From a virus (taxonomy: Duplodnaviria; Heunggongvirae; Uroviricota; Caudoviricetes): a stretch of DNA of 34,194 nucleotides. Location of the stretch: the IMG/VR virus record IMGVR_UViG_2541047826_000010. One strand, 5' to 3'. This document shows, in pieces, positions 23,210-31,808 of this stretch. The notes under the pieces are model-generated. The model saw nothing but the letters and a program-made list of their open reading frames with translations, searched no databases and had not been told where the DNA came from. Within the stretch, counting starts at the first letter, position 1. Each line of letters begins with the position of its first letter. A program made the translations under genes and the position numbers.

Positions 23210-24626
23210 CTATCTGCATGGTCCCGAAACCATTGAGGTGGAAAACGGAGCCCGCCCGGTTAAAACGGTGAAATCTGCCGTTATTGGCCTGATTGGTACC
23301 GCCCCGATGGGGGATGTCAATACGCTGGTACAGTGCCTGTCTGAGAAAGACGCAGCGGCATTTGGCAGCCAGTTCACCGGCTTTACCATTCCGCAGGCGC
23401 TGGATGCGATTTATGACCATGGTGCAGGTACCGTTCTGGTCATTAACGTCCTCGACCCGGCGAAACATAAAACGGCGATCGAGGATGAGGTGGTTACCTT
23501 TGACAAATCGACAGGGCAGGCCAGACTGGCGCATCCGGTTGTCGCTAATGTGGTGGTGAAAAACAGTGAAGGCAGCACCACCCACACGGCGAACACGGAC
23601 TACCGTGTTGATGCGCAGGCGGGTGTGCTCACGAACCTGGGCAAGGCTATTGAGGCCGGTGGCAGCGTGAAGGTGAGCTATGAGTACGCGGACCCGTCGA
23701 AGGTGACTGCGGCGGACATCATCGGCGGGGTGAATAGCGCCGGAAACCGAACTGGCATGAAGCTGCTTAACGACAGCTTCAACCTGTACGGCTATTTCGC
23801 CAAAATTCTGATTGCGCCGGTGTTCTGCACCCAGAAGAGTGTCGCAGTTGAGCTTATCGCCATGGCAGAGAAGCTGGGCGCGGTAACCTACATTGATGCG
23901 CCTGTCGGTACCACCTTTGCACAGGCTCTGGCAGGTCGTGGCCCGGAAGGCACCATCAACTTCAATACCAGCTCCGACCGCGTCCGTCTGTGCTATCCGC
24001 ATGTGAAGGTATATGACCCGGTGACAAACACAGAGCGTCTGGAGCCGCTCAGCCAGCGTGCAGCAGGTCTGCGTGCCAGAGTCGATCTGGACAAGGGCTA
24101 CTGGTGGTCATCCTCCAATCAGGAGATTCTGGGGATCACCGGCGTGGAGCGCCAGCTGTCCGCGATGATTGATGACCCGCAGAGTGAGGTGAACCTGCTT
24201 AACGAACAGGGGATCACCACGGTATTCAGCAGTTACGGCAGCGGCCTTCGTCTGTGGGGTAACCGGACGGCAGCATGGCCAACGGTCACCCATATGCGTA
24301 ACTTTGAGAACGTTCGCCGCACCGGTGATGTGATCAACGAGTCCATTCGTTATTTCAGCCAGCAGTACATCGACATGCCGATTACTCAGGCGCTGATTGA
24401 TGCACTGACGGAGTCGGTCAACGCCTACGGTCGCAAAATGACTGGTGATGGTGCGGTACTGGGCTTCCGTTGCTGGTTTGATCCGGCCCGCAATCCGGAG
24501 ACGGAGCTGGCCGCCGGGCACCTGTTGCTGAGCTACAAATATACGCCACCACCGCCGCTGGAGCGACTGACGTTTGAGACTGAGATCACCTCGGAATACC
24601 TGTTAACCCTGAAAGGGGGCAACTGA
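23199..24626 (+). CDS. contractile tail sheath protein
   Basis: 475 aa. The N-terminus ANYLHGPETIEVENGARPVKTVKSAVIGLIGTAP is typical of P2 FI / Mu L sheaths. Followed by the tube gene. Confidence 0.9.
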   Translation: MAANYLHGPETIEVENGARPVKTVKSAVIGLIGTAPMGDVNTLVQCLSEKDAAAFGSQFTGFTIPQALDAIYDHGAGTVLVINVLDPAKHKTAIEDEVVTFDKSTGQARLAHPVVANVVVKNSEGSTTHTANTDYRVDAQAGVLTNLGKAIEAGGSVKVSYEYADPSKVTAADIIGGVNSAGNRTGMKLLNDSFNLYGYFAKILIAPVFCTQKSVAVELIAMAEKLGAVTYIDAPVGTTFAQALAGRGPEGTINFNTSSDRVRLCYPHVKVYDPVTNTERLEPLSQRAAGLRARVDLDKGYWWSSSNQEILGITGVERQLSAMIDDPQSEVNLLNEQGITTVFSSYGSGLRLWGNRTAAWPTVTHMRNFENVRRTGDVINESIRYFSQQYIDMPITQALIDALTESVNAYGRKMTGDGAVLGFRCWFDPARNPETELAAGHLLLSYKYTPPPPLERLTFETEITSEYLLTLKGGN

Positions 24627-25147
24627 TGTCAAAGATTGAGATAAACCGCATCACGAATGCCAACATCTATCTGGATGGTACTAACCTGCTGGGACGGGCT
24701 GAGGAAGTTAAACTCCCCGATGTCTCCATGATTATGCAGGAACACAAGGCGCTGGGGATGGTGGGTAAGGTGGAACTCCCGGCTGGTTTTGACAAACTGG
24801 AAGGCGAAATCAAATGGAACAGCTTTTACCGCGATGCGATGCTGTCTGCCGCGAACCCGTACAGGTCGCTGGCACTGCAGTGTCGTTCCAGCGTCCAGCG
24901 CTACAGCTCGCAGGGGCTGATTGACGAAATCCCGCTGGTCACCTTCCTGACGATTATGTTCAAGAAGAACCCGCTGGGGACGTTCAAACAGCACGAGAAC
25001 GCCGAGTTCTCCAGTAGCTTCACCTGCACGTATATCAGACAGGTACTGGATGGTGAAGAGCTGCTGCAACTGGACTATCTGGCCAACATCTTCCGGGTCG
25101 GCGGTGTTGATCAACTGACTGACTACCGTATCAATATCGGGGGCTGA
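24626..25147 (+). CDS. tail tube protein (P2 FII-like)
   Basis: 173 aa. ITNANIYLDGTNLLGRAEEVKLPD... matches the pattern of the P2 tube family. Confidence 0.85.
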   Translation: MSKIEINRITNANIYLDGTNLLGRAEEVKLPDVSMIMQEHKALGMVGKVELPAGFDKLEGEIKWNSFYRDAMLSAANPYRSLALQCRSSVQRYSSQGLIDEIPLVTFLTIMFKKNPLGTFKQHENAEFSSSFTCTYIRQVLDGEELLQLDYLANIFRVGGVDQLTDYRINIGG

Positions 25148-25149
25148 CG

Positions 25150-25431
25150 GTGAGTGTTGAACTGACGGATAAAGGAGGACGATGTGCGGCACTGGGCATG
25201 TCAAATGGTACGTGGTTTACCCTCCTTGATATTCCGGGGGTGGAAACCCTTTTTAATACCCGTAAAACCAATGACCCGATTGACTGCACACGTTCAAAGG
25301 CCCGCAAACTGGCGGATTTGATTGAAGCATGGGAGCCTCCCGACCACTGGTTCTCCGGCATCGGCAAATCTGAGGGAAAGACGCTTCTCATCGCTTTCCT
25401 GCGTAACTGCAAGGGGTTTCGCACTTGCTGA
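25150..25431 (+). CDS. hypothetical protein inserted between the tube and chaperone genes (moron-like)
   Basis: 93 aa. GTG start 2 nt after the tube stop. I recognise no family. Followed by its own hairpin terminator. Confidence 0.5.
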   Translation: MSVELTDKGGRCAALGMSNGTWFTLLDIPGVETLFNTRKTNDPIDCTRSKARKLADLIEAWEPPDHWFSGIGKSEGKTLLIAFLRNCKGFRTC

Positions 25432-25437
25432 CATCAC

Positions 25438-25462
25438 AGGGGCTCCGGCCCCTTCTTCTTAA
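25438..25462 (+). terminator. hairpin AGGGGC-TCCG-GCCCCT followed by a T-rich run
   Basis: 6-bp GC-rich stem and 4-nt loop, then TCTTCTTAATCTCCTTT. Begins 7 nt after the stop at 25431. Confidence 0.5.
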
Positions 25463-25476
25463 TCTCCTTTAATATC
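25458..25476 (+). promoter_or_regulatory. late-promoter motif copy 3 (CTTAA-N5-TTTAATATC), upstream of the tail chaperone gene
   Basis: -10-like TAATAT lies at 25470-25475. The 22-nt window 25455-25476 matches 31806-31827 at 20 of 22 positions. It ends 52 nt before the ATG at 25529. Confidence 0.45.
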
Positions 25477-25528
25477 CGTCACGCGCTTCTCCCGACATAC
25501 TGCCCTGAACTTACACAGGAGCACAATC

Positions 25529-25864
25529 ATGTCACAGACCCCATCCGATACTTTTAAATTGTCTTATCCCTTCACCACTGCTGCAGGCACCAGAATTGAG
25601 CTGGTTGAACTGAAACGCCTGACGGTAAAAGACCTGAAGCAGGTGCGCAAAATCAGCAAAAACCCGGCAGACTGGGACGAACCGCTGATTGCCCGCAGTA
25701 CTGGTCTTCTCCCGGAAGATCTCGACAATATGGATCTGGCTGATTACCTGCAGTTACAGAAACGATTTCAGCTCATCACGGGGATGGGTGAGAGCAACCA
25801 GGGCGCTGACGCAGGCGCAGGGGCTGCTGGCGAGATGGTTCCGGTTTCAGCCGGGGGAGATTGA
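25529..25864 (+). CDS. tail assembly chaperone (P2 gpE-like)
   Basis: 111 aa. Lies between the tube and tape-measure genes. An overlapping downstream-frame ORF is present. Confidence 0.75.
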   Translation: MSQTPSDTFKLSYPFTTAAGTRIELVELKRLTVKDLKQVRKISKNPADWDEPLIARSTGLLPEDLDNMDLADYLQLQKRFQLITGMGESNQGADAGAGAAGEMVPVSAGGD

Positions 25865-25946
25865 TGCCCTCGATACTGACGATCTGGAGATGTGGCTGGA
25901 GCAGGCTGAAGAGCAAATAAAAAGCGAGTACGGCGACAAATCATAG
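25529..25946 (+). CDS. frameshifted tail chaperone (E+E'-like fusion; shift into the +1 frame around 25820-25824)
   Basis: ORF 25689..25946 is offset +1 from 25529. Its C-terminal part WFRFQPGEIDALDTDDLEMWLEQAEEQ aligns with the FHWxPSE...L..W.E.A signature I recall for the GpE (E') family. A GGGG run lies at 25820-25823. Confidence 0.55.
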
Positions 25947-25951
25947 TACAG

Positions 25952-25972
25952 ACAGCCGCCAGTAGCGGCTGT
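25952..25972 (+). terminator. stem-loop ACAGCCGC-CAGTA-GCGGCTGT after the E' stop (weak terminator or mRNA stabiliser)
   Basis: Perfect 8-bp stem. The downstream tract TCTGCGTT is only weakly T-rich. Confidence 0.3.
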
Positions 25973-26021
25973 TCTGCGTTATCCCCTCACGTCTTTTCAC
26001 CTTCCCCGGAGGTTAACCACT

Positions 26022-28973
26022 ATGTCGGGACAGTTTTCAGTCGGCGTTGTTATCGGCGGGATGATTGGTAGCACATTCCGTTCTGCAATGAGCGGTACCC
26101 GCCGTGCGCTTGATTCCCTGAGCGATACCTCACGCCGCCTGCAGGAACGTCAGAACGCTTTAACCCGTGCAACAGAACGTTATGGTCAACTGGGTTCTTC
26201 CCGGATGCAGCATCTCAACAGCGAGCTGCTGCGGGTAAGCCGCACCATGGAGCAAATTGAGCGCCAGCAGCGCCGTCTGTCAGCGGCATCCGCTACCAGT
26301 GATGCGCTGAAAGCTAACCGCATGGCGCTGTATGGTCAGGGGATTGAAGCGTATGGCATGGCACAGACTGTTTATCATACGGTTTCCCCTGCCGTTCAGC
26401 AGTCCATGTCTTTTCAGGACAAAATGATTGATATGTCGATCACCGCAAAATATGACAATAAAACGCGGGATGCACTTGCCGGACAGATAAAAGGCTGGGC
26501 GCTTAAATACAATCAGTATCAGGATGAGCTGCAGGAGGCGGTGGGTTCACTCATCAGCGACAATATTGATAATGTGTCAGATATCGGTTTTCTGATGCCG
26601 GATATTGCCCGCGCGGCAACGGCAACACGCACGTCTGCTCAGGACTGGGCAAAAGTGGCCGCAGTCTGGCAAAACTCCCTGAAAGGTGCGGCCAGAGATT
26701 TTGGTGCCGTTCAGAATATTATGGCTTATGCCGGTGACCAGGGGTCATTTGAAATCCCGGATCAGGTCAAGTGGATGCAGTCCCTGGCCCCAATGATGGC
26801 GGGTATTGCCAGTGGAAAAGAGGCTGTTGCTGAAATCGGGGCCAGTCTCCAGATAGCAAAAATCGGTGCAGGTTCCACCGACGAAGCAGCCAATAATTTT
26901 AAAAACTTTCTTACCAAAATTTTTGCCCGCGATACTCAGAAACAGTTTGCTGATCTGGGTATTGATTTGCAGGGATCTATTGCGAGTTATAAAGCTGCGG
27001 GGATCTCTCCGATTGAAGGGATGTTGAGTGTTATAGAACGTTACCTCAATGCCAAAAGCCCCGAAGCGCTGGCCGGCTTCAAATCAGCCATGAAAATAAA
27101 GAATGATACGGCAAGAGATGAGGCACTTCAGGCTCTGGCGAAAAACTTTGGTCTGGGCGATATGTTCGCGGATATGCAGGTCATGGCATTTATCCGCCCG
27201 ATGCTGGCCAACATGGACAGATATCGAGAGATCCGTGCCGGTGCTCTCAGGGCTGCGGATAACGATTTGCTTGCCAGTGCTTATGATCAGCGGCTGAAAT
27301 CTCCCCTTGAAGCCACTAAAGCACTTATGGTCAGCAGTCGTGATCTGGCAATTACGCTGGGCGATCAATTAGCTCCATCTTTTATTTCTCTGACTCAGGA
27401 ACTGCTTCCACTCATTCAGGGGGCAAAACACTGGGTAGCGACTCACCCGCAATTTGTCAGTGGGGCTTTTAAGCTCATCAGTGCGCTCCTTGCGATTAAG
27501 ATAGCGACTGTTGGTCTCAAACTGGGGCTGAATCTCCTTATTTCCCCCTTTGTAAGTGTCTGGAAAAATGCTGTTTTACTTCGGGCCAACTGGCTTCGTC
27601 TGTCGCTCGCACTGGGGCAAGGCGGTAAGCTCCGCTGGCTGGTGACCGGATTTAGCGCCGTCGCCAAAGGAGCCAGAACACTGAGTGGCGTGCTCTCCGG
27701 GGGGCTGGTTCGCGGAATTATGCTCGCCGGACGTGCTGTTCTCTGGATTGGACGTGCGCTGATGATGAATCCCATCGGTCTCGTTATCACCGCTGTCGCG
27801 GCAGCAGCTTACCTTATCTACCGCAACTGGGGGGCAGTCAGTGGCTGGTTTAAACAGCGCTGGGCAGACATTCAGGAAGCCTTTAACGGCGGCATTGTGG
27901 GAATTGGTAAGTTGCTGATTAACTGGTCGCCGGCAGGCCTGCTCTATAAAGCCTTTGCGGCTGCGCTGAAATATTTCGGCGTTGCTCTGCCGGCAAAGTT
28001 CACCGACTTCGGTGGCCATCTTATCGACGGTCTGATTAACGGTATCAAAAACAAATGGGGGTCGCTCAAATCCAGTGTAACCGGAATGGGTGACAGCATC
28101 AGTAGCTGGTTTAAACAGTGCTGGGCTGACATTCAGGAAGCCTTTAACGGCGGTATCGCGGGAACTGGTAAGCTGCTGATTAACTGGTCGCCGGCAGGTC
28201 TGCTCTATAAAGCCTTTGCAGCTGCGCTGAAATATCTTGGTGTTGATCTGCCGGCAAAGTTCACCGACTTCGGTGGCCATCTTGTCGACGGTCTGATTAA
28301 CGGTATCAAAAACAAATGGGAGTCGCTCAAATCCAGTGTAACCGGAATGGGTGACAGCATCAGTGGCTGGTTCAGCGAAAAGCTGGGCATTCATTCGCCG
28401 AGCCGCGTGTTTATGGGCTTTGGTGACAATATCGCGCAGGGGGCCGCCATTGGCCTGCAGCGGACCACTCCGCTTGCAGCTCTGGCCGGGCAGCGAATGG
28501 CCAGTGAACTGCTCCCCAAAATGCCCGTGAGCATTCAGGGGCCAGAAATACGGGATAACACTTCAGGTGTTCGCTTCAGTATGCCGTTGCCCGATATCAA
28601 TGGGTTTATGTCGTCTGCTAAAAATGCGATCGGAGCCGTAATCAATAGTTTGTCTTCCATGCCCGCTATTCCGCTCTCCACCCGGGCATCGATTTTACCA
28701 GGGCAACGTCTGGCAAATGAGATGACACCGGATGTTCCCCGTATCCCCTCGCCTGAAATCCTGGCTGCCGGATATTCAGGCCGTGGTGCAGCTGCAACCG
28801 GCGGTGGAACGTCTGGTGGTATCCAGGTCAGCTTTAATCCTCAGTTTTTCCTCAATGGCAGGGAAACCACAGCGCCTGCCGGACTGACTGGCGCCCTGAA
28901 TATGAGCCTGCATGAGCTGGAAAAAATGCTGGAGCGTCTGCTGGCTCAGAAACAACGTAAGGAGTACCGCTGA
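26022..28973 (+). CDS. tail tape measure protein
   Basis: 983 aa. Position after the chaperone pair. Long helical and hydrophobic central region. SD GGAGG. Confidence 0.9.
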   Translation: MSGQFSVGVVIGGMIGSTFRSAMSGTRRALDSLSDTSRRLQERQNALTRATERYGQLGSSRMQHLNSELLRVSRTMEQIERQQRRLSAASATSDALKANRMALYGQGIEAYGMAQTVYHTVSPAVQQSMSFQDKMIDMSITAKYDNKTRDALAGQIKGWALKYNQYQDELQEAVGSLISDNIDNVSDIGFLMPDIARAATATRTSAQDWAKVAAVWQNSLKGAARDFGAVQNIMAYAGDQGSFEIPDQVKWMQSLAPMMAGIASGKEAVAEIGASLQIAKIGAGSTDEAANNFKNFLTKIFARDTQKQFADLGIDLQGSIASYKAAGISPIEGMLSVIERYLNAKSPEALAGFKSAMKIKNDTARDEALQALAKNFGLGDMFADMQVMAFIRPMLANMDRYREIRAGALRAADNDLLASAYDQRLKSPLEATKALMVSSRDLAITLGDQLAPSFISLTQELLPLIQGAKHWVATHPQFVSGAFKLISALLAIKIATVGLKLGLNLLISPFVSVWKNAVLLRANWLRLSLALGQGGKLRWLVTGFSAVAKGARTLSGVLSGGLVRGIMLAGRAVLWIGRALMMNPIGLVITAVAAAAYLIYRNWGAVSGWFKQRWADIQEAFNGGIVGIGKLLINWSPAGLLYKAFAAALKYFGVALPAKFTDFGGHLIDGLINGIKNKWGSLKSSVTGMGDSISSWFKQCWADIQEAFNGGIAGTGKLLINWSPAGLLYKAFAAALKYLGVDLPAKFTDFGGHLVDGLINGIKNKWESLKSSVTGMGDSISGWFSEKLGIHSPSRVFMGFGDNIAQGAAIGLQRTTPLAALAGQRMASELLPKMPVSIQGPEIRDNTSGVRFSMPLPDINGFMSSAKNAIGAVINSLSSMPAIPLSTRASILPGQRLANEMTPDVPRIPSPEILAAGYSGRGAAATGGGTSGGIQVSFNPQFFLNGRETTAPAGLTGALNMSLHELEKMLERLLAQKQRKEYR
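27846..28367 (+). repeat. in-frame tandem duplication, 2 x 261 bp (87 aa), inside the tape-measure gene
   Basis: Copy 1 is 27846-28106 and copy 2 is 28107-28367. My hand alignment gives about 16 mismatches in 261 nt and 8 of 87 aa differences. Both copies begin WFKQ(R/C)WADIQEAFNGG. Confidence 0.9.
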
Positions 28974-29857
28974 TGTTTGCCGTACTGGGTGATATTGAGT
29001 TTGAGCTGATTACCTACTGGGACGGCTTCGAGGCCACGTTCGGCGTCGATTATGCGGAGCATGCCCGCATCGGGGGTAAGCCTGGCCTGCAGTTCGTCGG
29101 CGACAGGCTGGACGAAATCCAGATAACTCTGGTTTTCCATCAGCATTATTGTGTACCCGATGTGGAGCTGGCGAGACTGCGAACAGCCATGAAAGCCCAT
29201 CAGGCACTGGCGCTGGTCTTCGGCAACGGTGACTATCGTGGCTGGTTCGTGATTACCGATGTGACCGCAACCAGCGAGCAGACAGACAGCACCGGTAACG
29301 TGCTGGCTGTCAGTGCCACCGTGTCTCTCCGGGAATACACCGGTGATCCGAAAAATCCTCTGCAACCACCGGCAATACGCACGAAGCTCCCGGGTGTCGG
29401 GGCGGTCTCCGGTGCCATTCCTTCACCTTCAGGGGTGGCGCAGTTCATCCGCAACGGCGTCAACTATGCGAAACAGGCGCAGTCTGTACTCCAGACCACT
29501 ATCAGCGCCGTTCGGGTGACACAGAAAATGAAGGATAACCCCGTTGTCGCACTGACCCGTGTGCCGGGGCTGATGAGCGGACTGGGTAATATCTCCGGGG
29601 CTCTGGGGAAAAGTGTTCCGGCGTTTAACGCACTCTCTGAATCCATGCCCGATGCCATCAGTCTGGCCAGAACAGCCAGCGAAGCAGCCACGTATGTACA
29701 GCAGGCACAGTCTGCGCTGAGTGGTGTGGACAAAAGAAATATTGCAGGTGCTCTGGATACCGTTTCCGGGCAGCTTAACGCCGCCGGCACAGCATTCAAC
29801 CGCATGTCTCCGGGATTAAGTGCAATGGCCGCCAGAATACTGACGAGGAGTGTGTGA
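28973..29857 (+). CDS. tail protein, P2 gpU-like N-terminal domain with a long C-terminal extension
   Basis: The N-terminal ~130 aa (LGDIEFELI...IGGKPGLQFVGDRLDEIQITLVFH) resemble gpU. About 160 further Ala/Ser/Gly-rich residues follow. Confidence 0.8.
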   Translation: MFAVLGDIEFELITYWDGFEATFGVDYAEHARIGGKPGLQFVGDRLDEIQITLVFHQHYCVPDVELARLRTAMKAHQALALVFGNGDYRGWFVITDVTATSEQTDSTGNVLAVSATVSLREYTGDPKNPLQPPAIRTKLPGVGAVSGAIPSPSGVAQFIRNGVNYAKQAQSVLQTTISAVRVTQKMKDNPVVALTRVPGLMSGLGNISGALGKSVPAFNALSESMPDAISLARTASEAATYVQQAQSALSGVDKRNIAGALDTVSGQLNAAGTAFNRMSPGLSAMAARILTRSV

Positions 29858-30069
29858 TGTTTCTTGAACATGTTACCCGTGACGGAGAGCGCTGGGATTC
29901 GCTGGCATGGCAGTACTACGGTGACCCGCTGGGCTATCCCCGGATTATTGCCGCCAATCCGCACGTGGCCATCACGCCGGTGCTGCCCTCCGGGCTGTTG
30001 TTACTGATCCCGGTGATTGAGACTGAAGAAGCCCGTACAGAAGAGGATATTGCCCCATGGCTGAGATAA
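29857..30069 (+). CDS. tail protein X (P2 gpX-like, LysM-type)
   Basis: The ATG at 29857 has a TGATG overlap and follows GAGGAG by 6 nt. GERWDSLAWQYYGDP...IIAANP...LPSGLLLLIP resembles P2 gpX. Confidence 0.8.
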   Translation: MFLEHVTRDGERWDSLAWQYYGDPLGYPRIIAANPHVAITPVLPSGLLLLIPVIETEEARTEEDIAPWLR

Positions 30070-31211
30070 ACAGCACTGCGCAAGTCACATCAGCGTTAAC
30101 CGGCGTCAGCGATGTGCTGACACCGGTGTTCACTCTGTGGTATCTGCAGAAAAACATCACCTCTGATATCGCGCCTTATGTCACCCGTGTGACCTGGAGC
30201 GATAACATCAAAAATGAGTCCGATACCATTGAGGTGGAGCTGGACGACACCGATGGCCGCTGGCTGGATAAGTGGTATCCGGGCAAGGGTGACACGCTGA
30301 CGCTGAAAATGGGCTATCAGGGCGAGAAGCTGCTGTCCTGCGGTACGTTCTCTATAGACGAGATCGAAGTGAGTTCGCCCGCTTCCGTTGTTTCTATCCG
30401 TGGGGTGGCCACCTCGGTTAACAGTGCTCTGCGGACTAAATCCAGCCGTGGTTTTGAGAACACCACGCTGGCAGCTGTTGCGGGGCGGATTGCCAGAAAG
30501 CACCGGCTGAAACTGGTGGGCAGCATTGAGTCCATCAGAATCGACCGGGTGACCCAGTATGCTGAAACCGACGTGGGTTTTCTGCGCCGGCTGGCCAGCG
30601 AGTATGGTTATGCAGTGAAAGTGGTCAGTGACCAGCTGATTTTTTCTCATCTGGCCACACTGCGCAGTCAGGAGACGGTCAGGCAGTTAAAACCGCAGGA
30701 TGTGGCCCGCTTTTCCCTGCGTGACACCATCAACCGGGTCTATAAATCTGCAAAGGTAAAACACCAGAAAAGCAGCAGTAAAAAACTGATCGTCCACGAA
30801 GCTGATGGTGGTACCCGTGAAAGCGACAAAAAGCTCAAAGGTGGTAAGGTTACCAGCGCTGACTCACTTAAAGTTAACAGCCGCGTCAGCGACCCGGACA
30901 GTGCCCGGATTAAAGCGGATTCAGCACTGGCCAGACATAACGAATACCAGCAGAACGGCTCCCTGACGCTGACGGGAACACCTCAACTGACAGCAGGCAA
31001 CAAAATTGAACTGGTGGGTTTTGGGCAGTTATCCGGGCCATGGCTCATAACCACTGCCCGCCATGCGTTTGACCGTAACAGCGGCTACACCACAGAGCTG
31101 GAAGTGGCACGGGGGCCAGTCACAAGAGGGAAAAAACAAAAAACTCAGAAACTCACGGTTTATCACCCGGATGGCAGTACATCGACGGTGATTAAGGAGA
31201 AGAAAAAATGA
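30057..31211 (+). CDS. tail/baseplate hub protein (P2 gpD-like)
   Basis: 384 aa. Size and position (after U and X, before V) match gpD. The C-terminal region ...GPWLITTARHAFDRNSGYTTELE is typical. Confidence 0.85.
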   Translation: MAEINSTAQVTSALTGVSDVLTPVFTLWYLQKNITSDIAPYVTRVTWSDNIKNESDTIEVELDDTDGRWLDKWYPGKGDTLTLKMGYQGEKLLSCGTFSIDEIEVSSPASVVSIRGVATSVNSALRTKSSRGFENTTLAAVAGRIARKHRLKLVGSIESIRIDRVTQYAETDVGFLRRLASEYGYAVKVVSDQLIFSHLATLRSQETVRQLKPQDVARFSLRDTINRVYKSAKVKHQKSSSKKLIVHEADGGTRESDKKLKGGKVTSADSLKVNSRVSDPDSARIKADSALARHNEYQQNGSLTLTGTPQLTAGNKIELVGFGQLSGPWLITTARHAFDRNSGYTTELEVARGPVTRGKKQKTQKLTVYHPDGSTSTVIKEKKK

Positions 31212-31804
31212 CTGGTGTCACTCGTCAGGTCGGTACGGTCAGTGCCGTTGATGCCGACAGGGTTCAGGCCCGCGTTCGTCTGCCTGAATGCGATAACCTG
31301 CGCACAAACTGGCTTAACGTGCTGCAGCGTAATACCCAGGATAACAAAGATTACTGGCTCCCTGACGTGGGGGAGCAGGTTGAGGTGCTGCTCGATGCCA
31401 ACGGCGAGGATGGTGTTATTCTGGGCGCGGTGTATTCAGACGTCGATAAACCACCGTTCAGTGACAAAAATATCCGGGGAACCCGGTTTGCTGATGGTGC
31501 AGAGTACAGCTACAACCGGAAGACGCACACTCTGACCATCCGGGGCGGCATTGAGCATATTGTCATTGAGTGTGGTGCTGATGTGGTATTGAAAACACAG
31601 AAAGCCACGATTGACGCACCGGAAACCGAACTTACCGGAGATCTGCGTGTCAGGGGAAAGCTGATTTACGAAGGAGGCATGGCGGGTTCTGGTGGTAAAG
31701 GTGTTACCGCGACCATCCATGGCAATATCGAGATTAAAGGGAATGCCCATGCCACGGGCAGTATGCTGTCTGATGGCGAAAACTCCAGCCACCACTCCCA
31801 CTGA
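31208..31804 (+). CDS. baseplate central spike (P2 gpV-like)
   Basis: 198 aa. GTVSAVDADRVQARVRLPECDNLRTNWLNVLQ...PDVGEQVEVL is typical of gpV. The C-terminus ends SSHHSH. Confidence 0.85.
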   Translation: MTGVTRQVGTVSAVDADRVQARVRLPECDNLRTNWLNVLQRNTQDNKDYWLPDVGEQVEVLLDANGEDGVILGAVYSDVDKPPFSDKNIRGTRFADGAEYSYNRKTHTLTIRGGIEHIVIECGADVVLKTQKATIDAPETELTGDLRVRGKLIYEGGMAGSGGKGVTATIHGNIEIKGNAHATGSMLSDGENSSHHSH

Positions 31805-31808
31805 GCTT

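Noticed and set aside
25851-25859. The G5 run (CCGGGGGAG) just before the chaperone stop, as the frameshift site.
   Set aside because: Shifting here would drop the WFRFQP part of the conserved E'-like segment encoded in the +1 frame. The GGGG at 25820-25823 fits better. It is not formally excluded.
27846-28367. The repeated 261-bp units, considered as a possible CRISPR-like or non-coding repeat array.
   Set aside because: There are only two units with no spacers. They are in frame and inside the tape-measure ORF, so this is a coding tandem duplication.
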